This document shows positions 17,693 to 27,539 of a DNA stretch of 64,000 nucleotides, in pieces; position 1 is the first letter of the stretch; every line of letters starts with the position of its first letter. The stretch covers positions 1,763,964 through 1,827,963 of the forward strand of contig CAVQMM010000001.1 in assembly GCA_963713615.1 (NCBI GenBank). Direction: 5' to 3'. Position numbers and translations under genes: made by a program. The notes below the pieces were generated by a model, which saw only the letters and a program-made list of their open reading frames with translations, was not told the origin of the DNA and searched no databases. This DNA is from an uncultured Chlamydiae bacterium. GTDB lineage: Bacteria > Chlamydiota > Chlamydiia > Chlamydiales > JAJFMA01.

Positions 17693-18799
17693 ATGGATGC
17701 ATTAACAACTCGGAAATATGTCGACTTTAGCGAAGAGACACGACCAAATACCACACATACTGCAAATCTAGAACGGTTGCTGGAGCAATTAAAGAATAAT
17801 CACGTGGCCTCCCCGGAGGTGAAGGAAGAGTTACTTCGCACATGTAACGAACAACTAACTCACATCGAAACAACGACCCTATCGGACCTTGATGTCGATC
17901 TTTTGGATCTCATCCGGAGCGAGATGCTCACCTACTTTTCGCAGATCGAGGGACAACAACAAACACCCTGGCACGAAACGGTCAATCTCGTCATGGCGAT
18001 CATCGAGGCATGGACTTTTTTGCAGCAATATTCACTCGCACGCCCTGATATAGCGAATAGGCAATTAGATAGCCTTGTCAGTGAACTTACGAGTCTGGGA
18101 AGCACGCTTTTTAGTCTTGCCTACGATCAATTGAAGTTCCCCACTATCGCGCGAATTCAGGATAGGCTACGAGATATATGGACGCAAATGGGCTGGGATA
18201 GACAAATACCTGCAGAGCAGGATCGCCTGTTCCGCATTGCCAACATCATGGCCACATGTATCGCTCGTACCCCACATTATATCGAGACCCAGACGCAGCT
18301 GAACGATACCTTCCCCTATTTTCATGGAATGATTATCACAGATGCCATTGCCGCCGCCGCTCAGGGTTGCTGCTTATCCAGTATTCGCCAGTTGGCAGGA
18401 AACTATAGCAGCACGGCATTGAGAGACTATGCTACGCATGTGGATTCAGTATGCGACGATAAGTCCGAAAAAATTTATGTTCTCCTTCGCAATTCCAGCT
18501 CTTTGGTATCCCCAGATAATGAAACAATTGTGTTTTCTGCAGTAATGTCTTTTAAAAATACACCAGTAACGATACCGATGATGTTTCCTAGAATGCCCAG
18601 AATGGAGGAAATGCAGGATTGCTTACGTCAAAAATTAATGCTTGCGAAACAACAAAATCCCCGTCAGTTCACAAAATGGGGCAAGGCCGTTGAAGAACAA
18701 GCACCATTTGTCATGGTTCCACGCCCTGAACAGGCAGCAGCCTTGGAGTATATTAAATCCGTCGGTTCAGGCAGGACTTACACAGACAGCCTCTTTTAA
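17693..18799 (+). CDS. Hypothetical protein (368 aa), predicted soluble and helical, no recognisable domain
   Basis: Long ORF with a strong SD (aggagg) 6-8 nt upstream of the ATG. No TM segment or signal peptide seen, and no motif I can name. Confidence 0.6.
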   Translation: MDALTTRKYVDFSEETRPNTTHTANLERLLEQLKNNHVASPEVKEELLRTCNEQLTHIETTTLSDLDVDLLDLIRSEMLTYFSQIEGQQQTPWHETVNLVMAIIEAWTFLQQYSLARPDIANRQLDSLVSELTSLGSTLFSLAYDQLKFPTIARIQDRLRDIWTQMGWDRQIPAEQDRLFRIANIMATCIARTPHYIETQTQLNDTFPYFHGMIITDAIAAAAQGCCLSSIRQLAGNYSSTALRDYATHVDSVCDDKSEKIYVLLRNSSSLVSPDNETIVFSAVMSFKNTPVTIPMMFPRMPRMEEMQDCLRQKLMLAKQQNPRQFTKWGKAVEEQAPFVMVPRPEQAAALEYIKSVGSGRTYTDSLF

Positions 18800-18803
18800 A
18801 GCT

Positions 18804-21665
18804 TTAAAGCAGCTGCCGAAGGACATAGGGCAAAATTCCACCATGCCGATAATATTCGATCTCCGTATGTGTATCTAATCTAGCGAGCAGCTTAACGGAA
18901 CGCTTGCTGCCCCCATTTTGAACCTCAAGGGTAACCTCCTGCTGCGGAGATAGCCCCTTTTCCAATCCTATCAGATTAAAGGTCTCATCCCCCTTAACCC
19001 CTAGACTTTCGTGGGTATCGTCGCCTAAAAATTGCAAAGGAAGAACTCCCATTCCGATGAGGTTACTGCGGTGAATGCGTTCAAAACTCCGCGCAACAAC
19101 AACCTTTACCCCAAGCAACATGGCCCCTTTAGCCGCCCAATCGCGTGAACTCCCCATGCCATAATCGCGGCCTGCGAAAACGATCAGTGGTACCTTCCGT
19201 TCCGCATAGATTTGGCACGCATCATAGATCGGCATGATCACGCCGTCGGGGATTAACTTAGTGAATCCCCCCTCCTTTCCCTCAGCCATCTGATTACGCA
19301 CCCGTACATTAGCAAAGGTACCCCGCATCATCACGTGGTGATTCCCGCGACGGCTGCCATAGCTATTAAAATCTTGCGGCTTCACACCCAGGGACTGTAA
19401 ATACTTTCCTGCTGATGAATCGCTCTTAAATGCCCCGGCAGGAGAGATATGATCGGTCGTCACAGAATCCCCTAACAAAGCGAGACAGTGCATTCTCTGA
19501 AAGGTGGGCAATAATGGCAGTTCAAGAGTGAAATTTTCAAAATATGGGGGCTTTTGGATATAGGTACTGGCAGGATCCCAAGCATATTCTGCTCCAGCAA
19601 CAACGGGAATTTCTTGCCATACAGGATTATCTTTACTGATCTGGCTGTATCGTTTTAGATACATTTCCGGTTGAATAGCCATAGCAATGGCATCGGAGAT
19701 CTCCTGCTGAGAAGGCCATAGATCGCTGAGAAAGACAGGTTTCCCACTGCTATCATGAGCAAGCGGCTCTTTATCCAAATCAATATCAATTCGACCGGCC
19801 AAGGCAAATGCTACGACGAGGGGTGGAGACATCAGAAAATTAGCTCTGACAGCACCATGCACACGAGCTTCAAAGTTGCGGTTGCCACTCAAAACACTAG
19901 CCACAACAAGATCATGCTCTTTGATAGCCTTTTCAATATTTTCCTCTAGAGGACCGCTATTACCAATACATGTCGTGCAGCCATAGGCCACCAACTCAAA
20001 ACCCAAAGCATTCAAAGGGGCCTGCAAGCCAGCCTTATTTAAGTAGTCAGTAACGACTCGGGATCCCGGAGCCAGACTCGTTTTGATCGTAGGATTAACT
20101 TTTAAACCGCGCGCCACGGCCTTCTTGGCCAAAAGCCCCGCTGCTATCATAACGCTCGGATTGCTTGTGTTCGTGCAGCTGGTAATCGCAGCGATGACGA
20201 CAGACCCATGACCCAAAACAACATCACAAATGATGCCATCACCTTCCGCCCCTTCGGTATATCCAGGATCAACAATGGCTGGCGTCAATGGGCGGTTGGC
20301 GACCATCTCCGATTCACTCCATCCAGCATTAGGGCTATCATTTAGGGTGTTTTCACCACCCGTTCTATGCACGTCTGTTAAGGAGAAAGCCCCTGCAGCG
20401 TGAACGCAAATCTTGGGATTGCGATGGGCCTCTGACAAGCCATAGCCACCTTCGGCAACCGGCTTACCCAATAGATCATGAAATTTGTCCTTGAGATTTG
20501 GTAGATCGATACGATCTTGAGGACGTTTAGGACCAGCCACACAAGGCTTTATGGAGGCTAGATCTAGCTCCAACGTCTTGGTAAACAGGAGTTGATTATT
20601 TTGAGGGATACCGAAGAGGCCTTGTGCCTGAAGGTACATCTTGACCTTAGCTACATGCTCCTCGGAACGTCCTGTCGTGCGAAGATAGTCTAAAGTCTTG
20701 TCATCAGCGGGAAAGAATCCCATTGTAGCACCATACTCCGGAGCCATATTACCAATTGTCGCACGGTCTGCTACGGACAAACTGGCGGCACCTTCTCCAA
20801 AAAACTCCACAAATTTACCAACAACCTTTTCTGCACGTAGAAGCTCGGTGATACGCAGTGTGAGGTCTGTGGCTGTCACCCCTGGTCCTAGCTTACCCTT
20901 GAGGTGTACACCAATGACTTCAGGTACCTGCAATGCTACAGGCTGTCCGAGCATAGCGGCCTCTGCTTCAATACCACCAACACCCCAACCGACTACCCCT
21001 AGACCATTAATCATCGTAGTGTGCGAATCCGTACCCACAAGCGTGTCAGGGTATAGAAGAGTGATTTTATCGACCTCATGGCCTGTTACAACGGTAGCAA
21101 TAAGCTCCAGGTTTACCTGATGAACGATACCAATCCCTGGAGGAACAACACTAAAGGATTTGAACGCCCCTTGACCCCATTTAAGAAATGCATAACGCTC
21201 GGCGTTGCGCTGAAACTCTACCTTAAGGTTGAATGCAAAGGCATCTTCCGTACGCGCACGGTCAACTTGAACAGAGTGGTCAACCACAAGATCTACTGGC
21301 ACCTGAGGCTCTATCGATTCCGGGGGCAACCCCTGCTGAGCCACAGCATCACGCATGGCCGCTAGGTCCACAAGTAGAGGTACACCGGTGAAATCCTGCA
21401 GAATGACTCTAGAGACGACAAAAGGCACGTCGCCTTCCCCGGGCTTTTTTGGATCCCACTGGGCGAGGGCGATCACATCCTCTTTTTTGACTCGCTGACC
21501 ATCGCAATGACGCAAAAGGGCCTCCAAGACAATGCGGATCGATACCGGCAGCTGCGATATTTTGGCAATGCCCTGCTCTTCCAATGCTTGCAAGGAGTAG
21601 TAACGAGTGGCTTCCTGCCCATTGAGTGATCTGAGGGCATTGAAAGGATCTGCGAGCTTTCCCAT
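18804..21665 (-). CDS. acnA: Aconitate hydratase A (IRP/AcnA type)
   Basis: 953 aa. Fe-S cluster ligand regions ([34 protein letters not shown]) and the C-terminal swivel domain ([17 protein letters not shown]). Confidence 0.9.
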   Translation of the reverse strand: MGKLADPFNALRSLNGQEATRYYSLQALEEQGIAKISQLPVSIRIVLEALLRHCDGQRVKKEDVIALAQWDPKKPGEGDVPFVVSRVILQDFTGVPLLVDLAAMRDAVAQQGLPPESIEPQVPVDLVVDHSVQVDRARTEDAFAFNLKVEFQRNAERYAFLKWGQGAFKSFSVVPPGIGIVHQVNLELIATVVTGHEVDKITLLYPDTLVGTDSHTTMINGLGVVGWGVGGIEAEAAMLGQPVALQVPEVIGVHLKGKLGPGVTATDLTLRITELLRAEKVVGKFVEFFGEGAASLSVADRATIGNMAPEYGATMGFFPADDKTLDYLRTTGRSEEHVAKVKMYLQAQGLFGIPQNNQLLFTKTLELDLASIKPCVAGPKRPQDRIDLPNLKDKFHDLLGKPVAEGGYGLSEAHRNPKICVHAAGAFSLTDVHRTGGENTLNDSPNAGWSESEMVANRPLTPAIVDPGYTEGAEGDGIICDVVLGHGSVVIAAITSCTNTSNPSVMIAAGLLAKKAVARGLKVNPTIKTSLAPGSRVVTDYLNKAGLQAPLNALGFELVAYGCTTCIGNSGPLEENIEKAIKEHDLVVASVLSGNRNFEARVHGAVRANFLMSPPLVVAFALAGRIDIDLDKEPLAHDSSGKPVFLSDLWPSQQEISDAIAMAIQPEMYLKRYSQISKDNPVWQEIPVVAGAEYAWDPASTYIQKPPYFENFTLELPLLPTFQRMHCLALLGDSVTTDHISPAGAFKSDSSAGKYLQSLGVKPQDFNSYGSRRGNHHVMMRGTFANVRVRNQMAEGKEGGFTKLIPDGVIMPIYDACQIYAERKVPLIVFAGRDYGMGSSRDWAAKGAMLLGVKVVVARSFERIHRSNLIGMGVLPLQFLGDDTHESLGVKGDETFNLIGLEKGLSPQQEVTLEVQNGGSKRSVKLLARLDTHTEIEYYRHGGILPYVLRQLL

Positions 21666-21677
21666 AGAAGTTTTCCG

Positions 21678-22412
21678 TTATGAAAATTTAAAAATGTCGT
21701 CGAAAAAATTAGCCATCGCCTTCCATGAACGTCGGTCAGCCCTCTCATTGTATTGCAAGCCACCACCACCAGCCTCAGGGTTTGTGAAAGCATGAGATGT
21801 ATGACCATAAACGTGAAACTGCCAGTCTATTTTTGCCTGGGTCATTTCGAGTTCAAAGGTAGCAATATCTTCTGTAGAAACTAGAGGATCTTCATGCCCG
21901 TGCAGAACAAGAATAGAACCCTTGGCCTTGGGAGAGATAGGCACTGTCTTGGCTACTTTGTCACCCATTTTACTACCCAGAACGCCGTGGAAACTGACCA
22001 CCCCTCTCGCTCCTATGCCGCTGCGCAACAACTCTATCACAGTAAGACCGCCAAAGCAAAAACCAATAGCTCCAATACGTTTCACGTCCACTAAGGGATG
22101 GCGCGAAAGCGTCTCATACGCTGCAACAATGCGCTGTTGCAGCAGCTGACGATCTAAAAATAGGGGCAGCATGAGTTTAGCAGCCTGTTCATCAGTTGTA
22201 GCAGGCTCTTTGATGCCATAAACATCGGCAGCCAGCACCACATAGCCCAGGCTCGCCAGACATTCCGCCTTGTGACGTGCAAAATCATCTAAACCCATCC
22301 AGGCATGTGCTACGATGACACCTGGACGCTTATCTTCTATACCCTTGCTGTGACACAGGTAACCATTAAGTTCTATGCCTTGCGCTTGATAAGTGATAGG
22401 CTCTCGATGCAT
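21678..22412 (-). CDS. Dienelactone hydrolase family protein
   Basis: Alpha/beta hydrolase with a nucleophile elbow (GFCFGG) and a C-terminal HG..D/H pattern. 244 aa. Confidence 0.8.
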   Translation of the reverse strand: MHREPITYQAQGIELNGYLCHSKGIEDKRPGVIVAHAWMGLDDFARHKAECLASLGYVVLAADVYGIKEPATTDEQAAKLMLPLFLDRQLLQQRIVAAYETLSRHPLVDVKRIGAIGFCFGGLTVIELLRSGIGARGVVSFHGVLGSKMGDKVAKTVPISPKAKGSILVLHGHEDPLVSTEDIATFELEMTQAKIDWQFHVYGHTSHAFTNPEAGGGGLQYNERADRRSWKAMANFFDDIFKFS

Positions 22413-22755
22413 GATTTCTCCATGTGTTATGACACATCACTCGTACTGCATTACCAAAATTACAGCAAGTCTCTTCTTAAAAGGAGAAAAGAAAACGAGG
22501 AAGAAGAGAGGGTGTAAGGCATCGACGCTTACCTATAAAAGTTCAGAGGTCTTCTGCAATTACCAGTGTTCTAAAATCCTAAGTCCTATTTGCCTTCTTT
22601 AGCTTGCATAAAAAAACCACAAGGCATACTTAAGATTAAAGCATGACCTGGTGCCTTATGCAGGCGCTGGTTCGCCGTACCTCAAGTTAGTCTCGTTACA
22701 CAGTTTAGCCGTTTGCCGTCACCCCTTTTGCTAATTACAATGGGGAGAAGCGAAG

Positions 22756-23238
22756 ATGAACAAATCGAGCGCCCTGCAGGTATGCGCAACCTGCGGTCTT
22801 GCTTTTTTTTGCGAGCTACAAGCCAGCGAAACGGCTTCAGCCGCGGTGACATTTAGTATTCACCCAATCAACGTCATTGCAGTGAATGCTAATCCTCCTC
22901 CGCTGATAATCCCCGCTATTCCCCCTGGCGATCAAGGGGCTGTCTGCGAGGCATCTACCTCAGCCTTTGCCATAACGACAAACATGTCTTCACAGAGCAT
23001 TACTGCCTGCCTAGACAGCGACATGCCACTAGGACTCACATTACACCTCAAAATGCAGGCTCCACCGGGAGCTACGTCGGAAGGATCCGTGCTGATGGAT
23101 ACGGATGATCGCGTTCTTGTGAGGGGATTATCCAACCTAAATGCGAGTAACTTAACTGTACGCTACTCTCTTCATGCTACTATGGAAGCTTATGGTGTCG
23201 CTGCTACGAGAACTATCATCTATACAATTATACCCTAA
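22756..23238 (+). CDS. Small secreted beta-rich protein, paralog 1 of 6 (most divergent)
   Basis: Signal peptide. N-terminal AAVTFSIHP strand and C-terminal IIYTIIP. Alignable along its length with the five downstream paralogs. Confidence 0.7.
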   Translation: MNKSSALQVCATCGLAFFCELQASETASAAVTFSIHPINVIAVNANPPPLIIPAIPPGDQGAVCEASTSAFAITTNMSSQSITACLDSDMPLGLTLHLKMQAPPGATSEGSVLMDTDDRVLVRGLSNLNASNLTVRYSLHATMEAYGVAATRTIIYTIIP

Positions 23239-23330
23239 AAATCTAGAAAGGATCTTTTTTCTTGTCATCATACGATGCCTCGTAGATAACGAAATTTCTA
23301 GGTAAGTGAACTCTCTTCACCCTGGAGTAT

Positions 23331-23834
23331 ATGATGAATCGTCTATTGCGCCTCCTCTTGGTCCTCTGCGCAAGTTTAGCTGGGGCTACAGCACTATCCG
23401 CCCGTACATCAACGGCACTTGTGACTTTTGCTGTAGGTACCATCAACGCCGTCAACGCCTCCAATGCCATCAGCGTGTCCGGTAATCCAGCAACGCTAAT
23501 AGTCAATTCCGCTGTCGCTGGAGCTCCTCCAGCACCTGCTACAGACAGCACAACCACTTACAATCTCACCTCCAAAGCTGCCAATCAAAGAATCACAGCC
23601 TCCATCAGCACTGCTATGCCTACTGGGGTAAAACTAATAGTCGCCCTAGATGCCCCTAAAGGTGGGACATCCTCCGGGGAAGTCTCTCTTACCACCACCG
23701 CGCAAAATCTGGTAACAGGGATCTCGAACATTGCGCAGTCAAACTTGGGCATCATCTATACCCTTAGAGCCTCCGTAAATGCTGCTGTACAAGGTCCCAC
23801 GACAACCATAGTCACATATACTCTAGGACCTTGA
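23331..23834 (+). CDS. Small secreted Thr/Ala-rich beta-rich protein, paralog 2 of 6
   Basis: Signal peptide (LLLVLCASLAGATA). Conserved blocks ISVSGNPA, TTTYNLTS, QRITASIS.AMP.GV and a C-terminal IVTYTLGP. Confidence 0.8.
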   Translation: MMNRLLRLLLVLCASLAGATALSARTSTALVTFAVGTINAVNASNAISVSGNPATLIVNSAVAGAPPAPATDSTTTYNLTSKAANQRITASISTAMPTGVKLIVALDAPKGGTSSGEVSLTTTAQNLVTGISNIAQSNLGIIYTLRASVNAAVQGPTTTIVTYTLGP

Positions 23835-23949
23835 CCTTCTAGGTCGTGCGACTCTCAATTTTTTGCAAAGCTCCTTTTTGAAAAATAACAATTTGACATG
23901 AAATCGAACGGTGGAACATAAGGACGTTTTTAAAGCGAGGTACTTCATT

Positions 23950-24453
23950 ATGTTTAAATTCATCAGTCAATCACGAACCCCTCTGTTGCTTGCTGTAATA
24001 GGAGCCTGCTTTGCCGTAAATGGGTCTTTGAGTGCTGCCACAACCGCAACGGCTACCGTTACATATACCATAGGAACCATCAACGCGATCAGCATATCGG
24101 GTAACCCTGCTGCAATGACGGTCAATTCCGCAACAGCGGGTAGTGCTCCAACGCCAGCCACAGACACAACAACCACTTACAACATCACTTCCAACGCTAG
24201 CGCTCAAAGAATCACGGCGTCAATTGCTGCGGCTATGCCTGCAGGGGTGACGTTATCAGTTGCCTTAGTTGCGCCTACAGGTGGAACATCGGCTGGGGCT
24301 GTGTCCCTTAGTACCACCGCACAAGCTCTTGTGACAGCGATTTCTAACGTAGCTCAGACTAACTTAGCGATAACCTACAGCATAGCAGCCACGGTGAATG
24401 CCGCCATTGGTGGGCCACTGACCTCAACGGTAACGTATACCCTTGGACCTTGA
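23950..24453 (+). CDS. Small secreted Thr/Ala-rich beta-rich protein, paralog 3 of 6
   Basis: The ATG at 23950 (MFKFISQ...) gives a signal peptide, whereas the track start at 23911 is a GTG extension. Same conserved blocks, ending in TVTYTLGP. Confidence 0.8.
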   Translation: MFKFISQSRTPLLLAVIGACFAVNGSLSAATTATATVTYTIGTINAISISGNPAAMTVNSATAGSAPTPATDTTTTYNITSNASAQRITASIAAAMPAGVTLSVALVAPTGGTSAGAVSLSTTAQALVTAISNVAQTNLAITYSIAATVNAAIGGPLTSTVTYTLGP

Positions 24454-24598
24454 TTCATTCACATAGCATCGATTTGCAGCTGATCTATTCCGAAAACAGC
24501 AGGTATGAACTCTTAGCAGCCAAGAAGTCGTTTAATATTTTCCTTGTCATTAAAATGAAGAGGCCCAATAACGAATTTTTTCAAAGGATGGGTTAGAT

Positions 24599-25099
24599 AT
24601 GTTGAATTTTGTCATTCGGATAAGACTAAAGCTCTTGCCATGCATCATTGGAACGGGCCTCTTGACATCCGCTACCTTGAGTGCGGCAACGACGGCCACA
24701 GCTACCGTGACCTACACGATAGGCACGATCAACGCTATCAGTGTATCAGGTAGCCCAGCGGCCTTGGTTGTCAACACTGCCACAGCAGGTAGTCCTCCAA
24801 CTTCAGCTACCGATACGTCTACCACTTATGCCCTCACGACGAATGCTACAGGCAAAGTCATCACAGCAGGCCTCAGTGCTGCTATGCCTACTGGAGTATC
24901 GTTAACAGTAACGATGGCAGCTCCTACGGGTGGCACATCGGCTGGAGGCGTCGCGCTCACCGCTGTGGCGCAAAACCTCGTCACAGCAATCTCCAATGTG
25001 GCTCAATCAGGCTTGCAAATTACCTATGTGCTCGCTGCTACCGTAGCCGCCGCTGCGGTAGGTCCTTCGACCACTACAGTAACCTATACAATCCTTTGA
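24599..25099 (+). CDS. Small secreted Thr/Ala-rich beta-rich protein, paralog 4 of 6
   Basis: Signal peptide. The N-terminal ATVTYTIGTINAISVSG is identical in type to paralog 3. Ends in TVTYTIL. Confidence 0.8.
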   Translation: MLNFVIRIRLKLLPCIIGTGLLTSATLSAATTATATVTYTIGTINAISVSGSPAALVVNTATAGSPPTSATDTSTTYALTTNATGKVITAGLSAAMPTGVSLTVTMAAPTGGTSAGGVALTAVAQNLVTAISNVAQSGLQITYVLAATVAAAAVGPSTTTVTYTIL

Positions 25100-25128
25100 T
25101 GGTCACTCACCAGACCTAAACCGAGACA

Positions 25129-25590
25129 TCAATGAACAAGGGAGAATGTCGTAGCGAAGGCTTCATGGTCACTCTGGTGGGAAGTCCCATCTACGCTATA
25201 GGTTGTCAATAAATAGCAAGTCGAAGCAGTCGTTAGAATAGTCTGCCAGAAGGTACAGCCGGAAGAATCTTGGACCTCCATTGTAATGACTGCACCAGAG
25301 ATCGACATATCGGAGCTTAAAATCACAAAGGGATTGGGGCTGGAATAGGTAGCCTGCCAATAGGACGCGCTATCAGCCCCTGAAAAAAAGGGTTCAGCAA
25401 GAAGGCTATACACAAATCCCTGTTGCGCTGAGACAAAAGAAATGTACTTTCTAGCCACAACGACAACGGTCAACTGGGGCATTTGTACCTGAAATACATC
25501 TGCAGCAATCGTTCCGGTATATGTCAGCGTATCTGCAACAAGGGTTTGTGTAAGGCTCATGGCCAAAAGCAGTAAACGCAATAGAATCAT
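25129..25590 (-). CDS. Secreted hypothetical protein (paralog of the adjacent 25603-26160 gene)
   Basis: Signal peptide (MILLRLLLLAMSLTQTLVA). Shares FxILSSDxSxxGxVITxxV, FWxT, CxLTTxYS and DHxAFxxxFS blocks with its neighbour. Confidence 0.65.
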   Translation of the reverse strand: MILLRLLLLAMSLTQTLVADTLTYTGTIAADVFQVQMPQLTVVVVARKYISFVSAQQGFVYSLLAEPFFSGADSASYWQATYSSPNPFVILSSDMSISGAVITMEVQDSSGCTFWQTILTTASTCYLLTTYSVDGTSHQSDHEAFATTFSLVH

Positions 25591-25602
25591 TGACGACCCC
25601 AC

Positions 25603-26160
25603 TTATTGGATGCGGCTGAAAGAAGCTACAAAGGCTTGATGATCTGCTTGGGCGGGGTTGGTCGGATCCGAATACCAAGTCGTCAGAATACACACCACCT
25701 GCGATGAGCAAAACACTGTCTTCCAAAAGTACTGAGACGCAGCTGGACAATGCACTTGCAGGGTAATAACCTGGCCTGTCTGAGAAGTGTCGCTGCTCAA
25801 AATCGTAAAGTTATCCGGATCCGAGTAGGAATTAAGCCAAAACGAACTCGTCGCCGCATCCTCCCACCAAGGCCTTACGTCGAACCCCTCATTGAAGGTC
25901 GGCGTTTGCGATAATACATAAACGTAGCTATCCGACAAGGCAAAGAGGTTGGGCGTCGGCATCGTCACTTGGTACTGTTCCCCATTAAACGTTGCTTGAA
26001 GCTCTTCTGACGTCACACCCACCGGGAAAGACAACATGCTGAAGGAAGTCACGGTCATGGTATAGGTTTGCGAATTCATGGTTAAGGTTGGTGAATCGGC
26101 GGCCACACACCGGAACGTGAAGACACCCACCCATACAATCGCAAGTAGGCTTAATCGCAT
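25603..26160 (-). CDS. Secreted hypothetical protein (paralog of 25129-25590)
   Basis: The ATG at 26160 is preceded by a ggagga SD and yields the signal peptide MRLSLLAIVWVGVFTFRCVAA. The track start at 26193 is a GTG extension. Confidence 0.65.
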   Translation of the reverse strand: MRLSLLAIVWVGVFTFRCVAADSPTLTMNSQTYTMTVTSFSMLSFPVGVTSEELQATFNGEQYQVTMPTPNLFALSDSYVYVLSQTPTFNEGFDVRPWWEDAATSSFWLNSYSDPDNFTILSSDTSQTGQVITLQVHCPAASQYFWKTVFCSSQVVCILTTWYSDPTNPAQADHQAFVASFSRIQ

Positions 26161-26261
26161 CCAATCCTCCATAAAGAAATCGAAGGATAACACATTTTTT
26201 TAATTAAAAAAGGACATAAAGAGGTAATTGCGGAAGTCTTGGTGATGTCGAAACAAGTATT

Positions 26262-26500
26262 AAAGCCCTCACGATCGTATCTCGGCGCGAAGCGCTTTGG
26301 AGTGCGTGTCGCTCGCGACCGCTTTGGATTTGGGCGAGCCTATTGAATCGCGCACCGTTCTTTGGAGGCTTAAACCCCCACAGTTACCCCTAGAGCGAAA
26401 GGTTACGTTTCTTGCAATGCCCAGTTCACCCAAATCCAAAGCGGTCGCGAGCGACACGCACTCCAAAGGGCTTCGCGCCGAGACACGATTGTGAGGACTT
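26262..26500. repeat. MITE-like palindromic element family A, copy 2 (most complete; ~70-bp terminal inverted repeats)
   Basis: The left end (ccctcacgatcgtatctcggcgcgaagcgctttggagtgcgtgtcgctcgcgaccgctttggatttgggcg) is mirrored at the right end. The internal core carries a C5 tract. Confidence 0.9.
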
Positions 26501-26606
26501 CATTAGGCATCGGACATTAAAAAAATTCTGCAAATACCTCACTTGGTCTTTCACATTAATAACACTCTTGCCATATGATGCTTTCTCGATCAAAAGGGAC
26601 ACGGGC

Positions 26607-27089
26607 ATGGTCAAGCAATGGATTACAGCAGGGATGATTGGCTTATGCCTGATCTCGGCAGACCTAGAAGCGAGCCTTACGGCTACTCAAACGATTTCCT
26701 ACGTCACTCAGACTATTATTACCCTCTCTGTATCGGGCAGCCCTGCCGCAATGACGGTAGGTTCTGCAACAGCAGGAAGCCAACCTAACAGCGCCACAAA
26801 TTCCTCCACAACCTACAGCGTTACTACTAATGCTAACAGTCAGAGGATCACTGGGTCAATTAGCCCGGCGATGCCCGCCAATGTCACATTAACAGTGAAT
26901 TTAGCGGCTCCTACAGGAGCAACGTCAATGGGCGCTACGACAATGACGACCACTGCCACAAACCTGGTTACTGGCATTACAAAAGTTGCCCAGTCGGCAC
27001 TGACAATTACTTATACAGTATCGGCAACGGTAGCAGCAGTACCTCAAGGCCCCTCAACAACCACGATTATTTATACGATAGGCCCATGA
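26607..27089 (+). CDS. Small secreted Thr/Ala-rich beta-rich protein, paralog 5 of 6
   Basis: The ATG at 26607 (MVKQWITAGMIGLCLISA) gives a signal peptide. The track ORF start at 26412 reads out of the family A repeat. Ends in TIIYTIGP. Confidence 0.8.
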   Translation: MVKQWITAGMIGLCLISADLEASLTATQTISYVTQTIITLSVSGSPAAMTVGSATAGSQPNSATNSSTTYSVTTNANSQRITGSISPAMPANVTLTVNLAAPTGATSMGATTMTTTATNLVTGITKVAQSALTITYTVSATVAAVPQGPSTTTIIYTIGP

Positions 27090-27090
27090 A

Positions 27091-27531
27091 ATGAAAAATC
27101 GTATCGCCTCTATAGCTTTTCTATCGTGCAGTTTGATTTTTGCGAAAGCCTCTGCGGGGACTAATCAGATTTCGGTATCCGGAAGTCCAGGCACAATGAC
27201 CATTACCACTGCAGTACCTGGCTCACAGCCTACAAGTGTCACGAATACCGCAACTACCTGGTCAGTTCAAACCAATGCTGCTACTCACACGGTTACAGCG
27301 GTCCTTAGTAGCGCTCTAGCCACTGGGATCACGCTCAGCTTGAATATGTCTCCTCCACCAGGAGGAGTCTCTCAGGGAACTATCGCCCTCAGCACCACAT
27401 CACAGACCATGGTAACAAACGTTCAAGCTAATAGCACCCAAACTCAAGGACTGACTTATACTCTAGCAGCCAATGTCAGCGCTGGTGTCATCACCCTGGC
27501 ATCAACTGTAGTCACTCTTACCCTCAACTAG
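27091..27531 (+). CDS. Small secreted beta-rich protein, paralog 6 of 6 (lacks the N-terminal strand of the others)
   Basis: After the signal peptide the mature protein starts directly at the ISVSGSPG block. The TVTYTIGTINA-type strand is absent. Ends in VVTLTLN. It starts 1 nt after the paralog 5 stop. Confidence 0.8.
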   Translation: MKNRIASIAFLSCSLIFAKASAGTNQISVSGSPGTMTITTAVPGSQPTSVTNTATTWSVQTNAATHTVTAVLSSALATGITLSLNMSPPPGGVSQGTIALSTTSQTMVTNVQANSTQTQGLTYTLAANVSAGVITLASTVVTLTLN

Positions 27532-27539
27532 TTCTGAAT

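Noticed and set aside
26412-26606. 65-codon N-terminal extension of subunit paralog 5
   Set aside because: The extension is read out of the family A repeat. The ATG at 26607 gives a normal signal peptide like the other paralogs.
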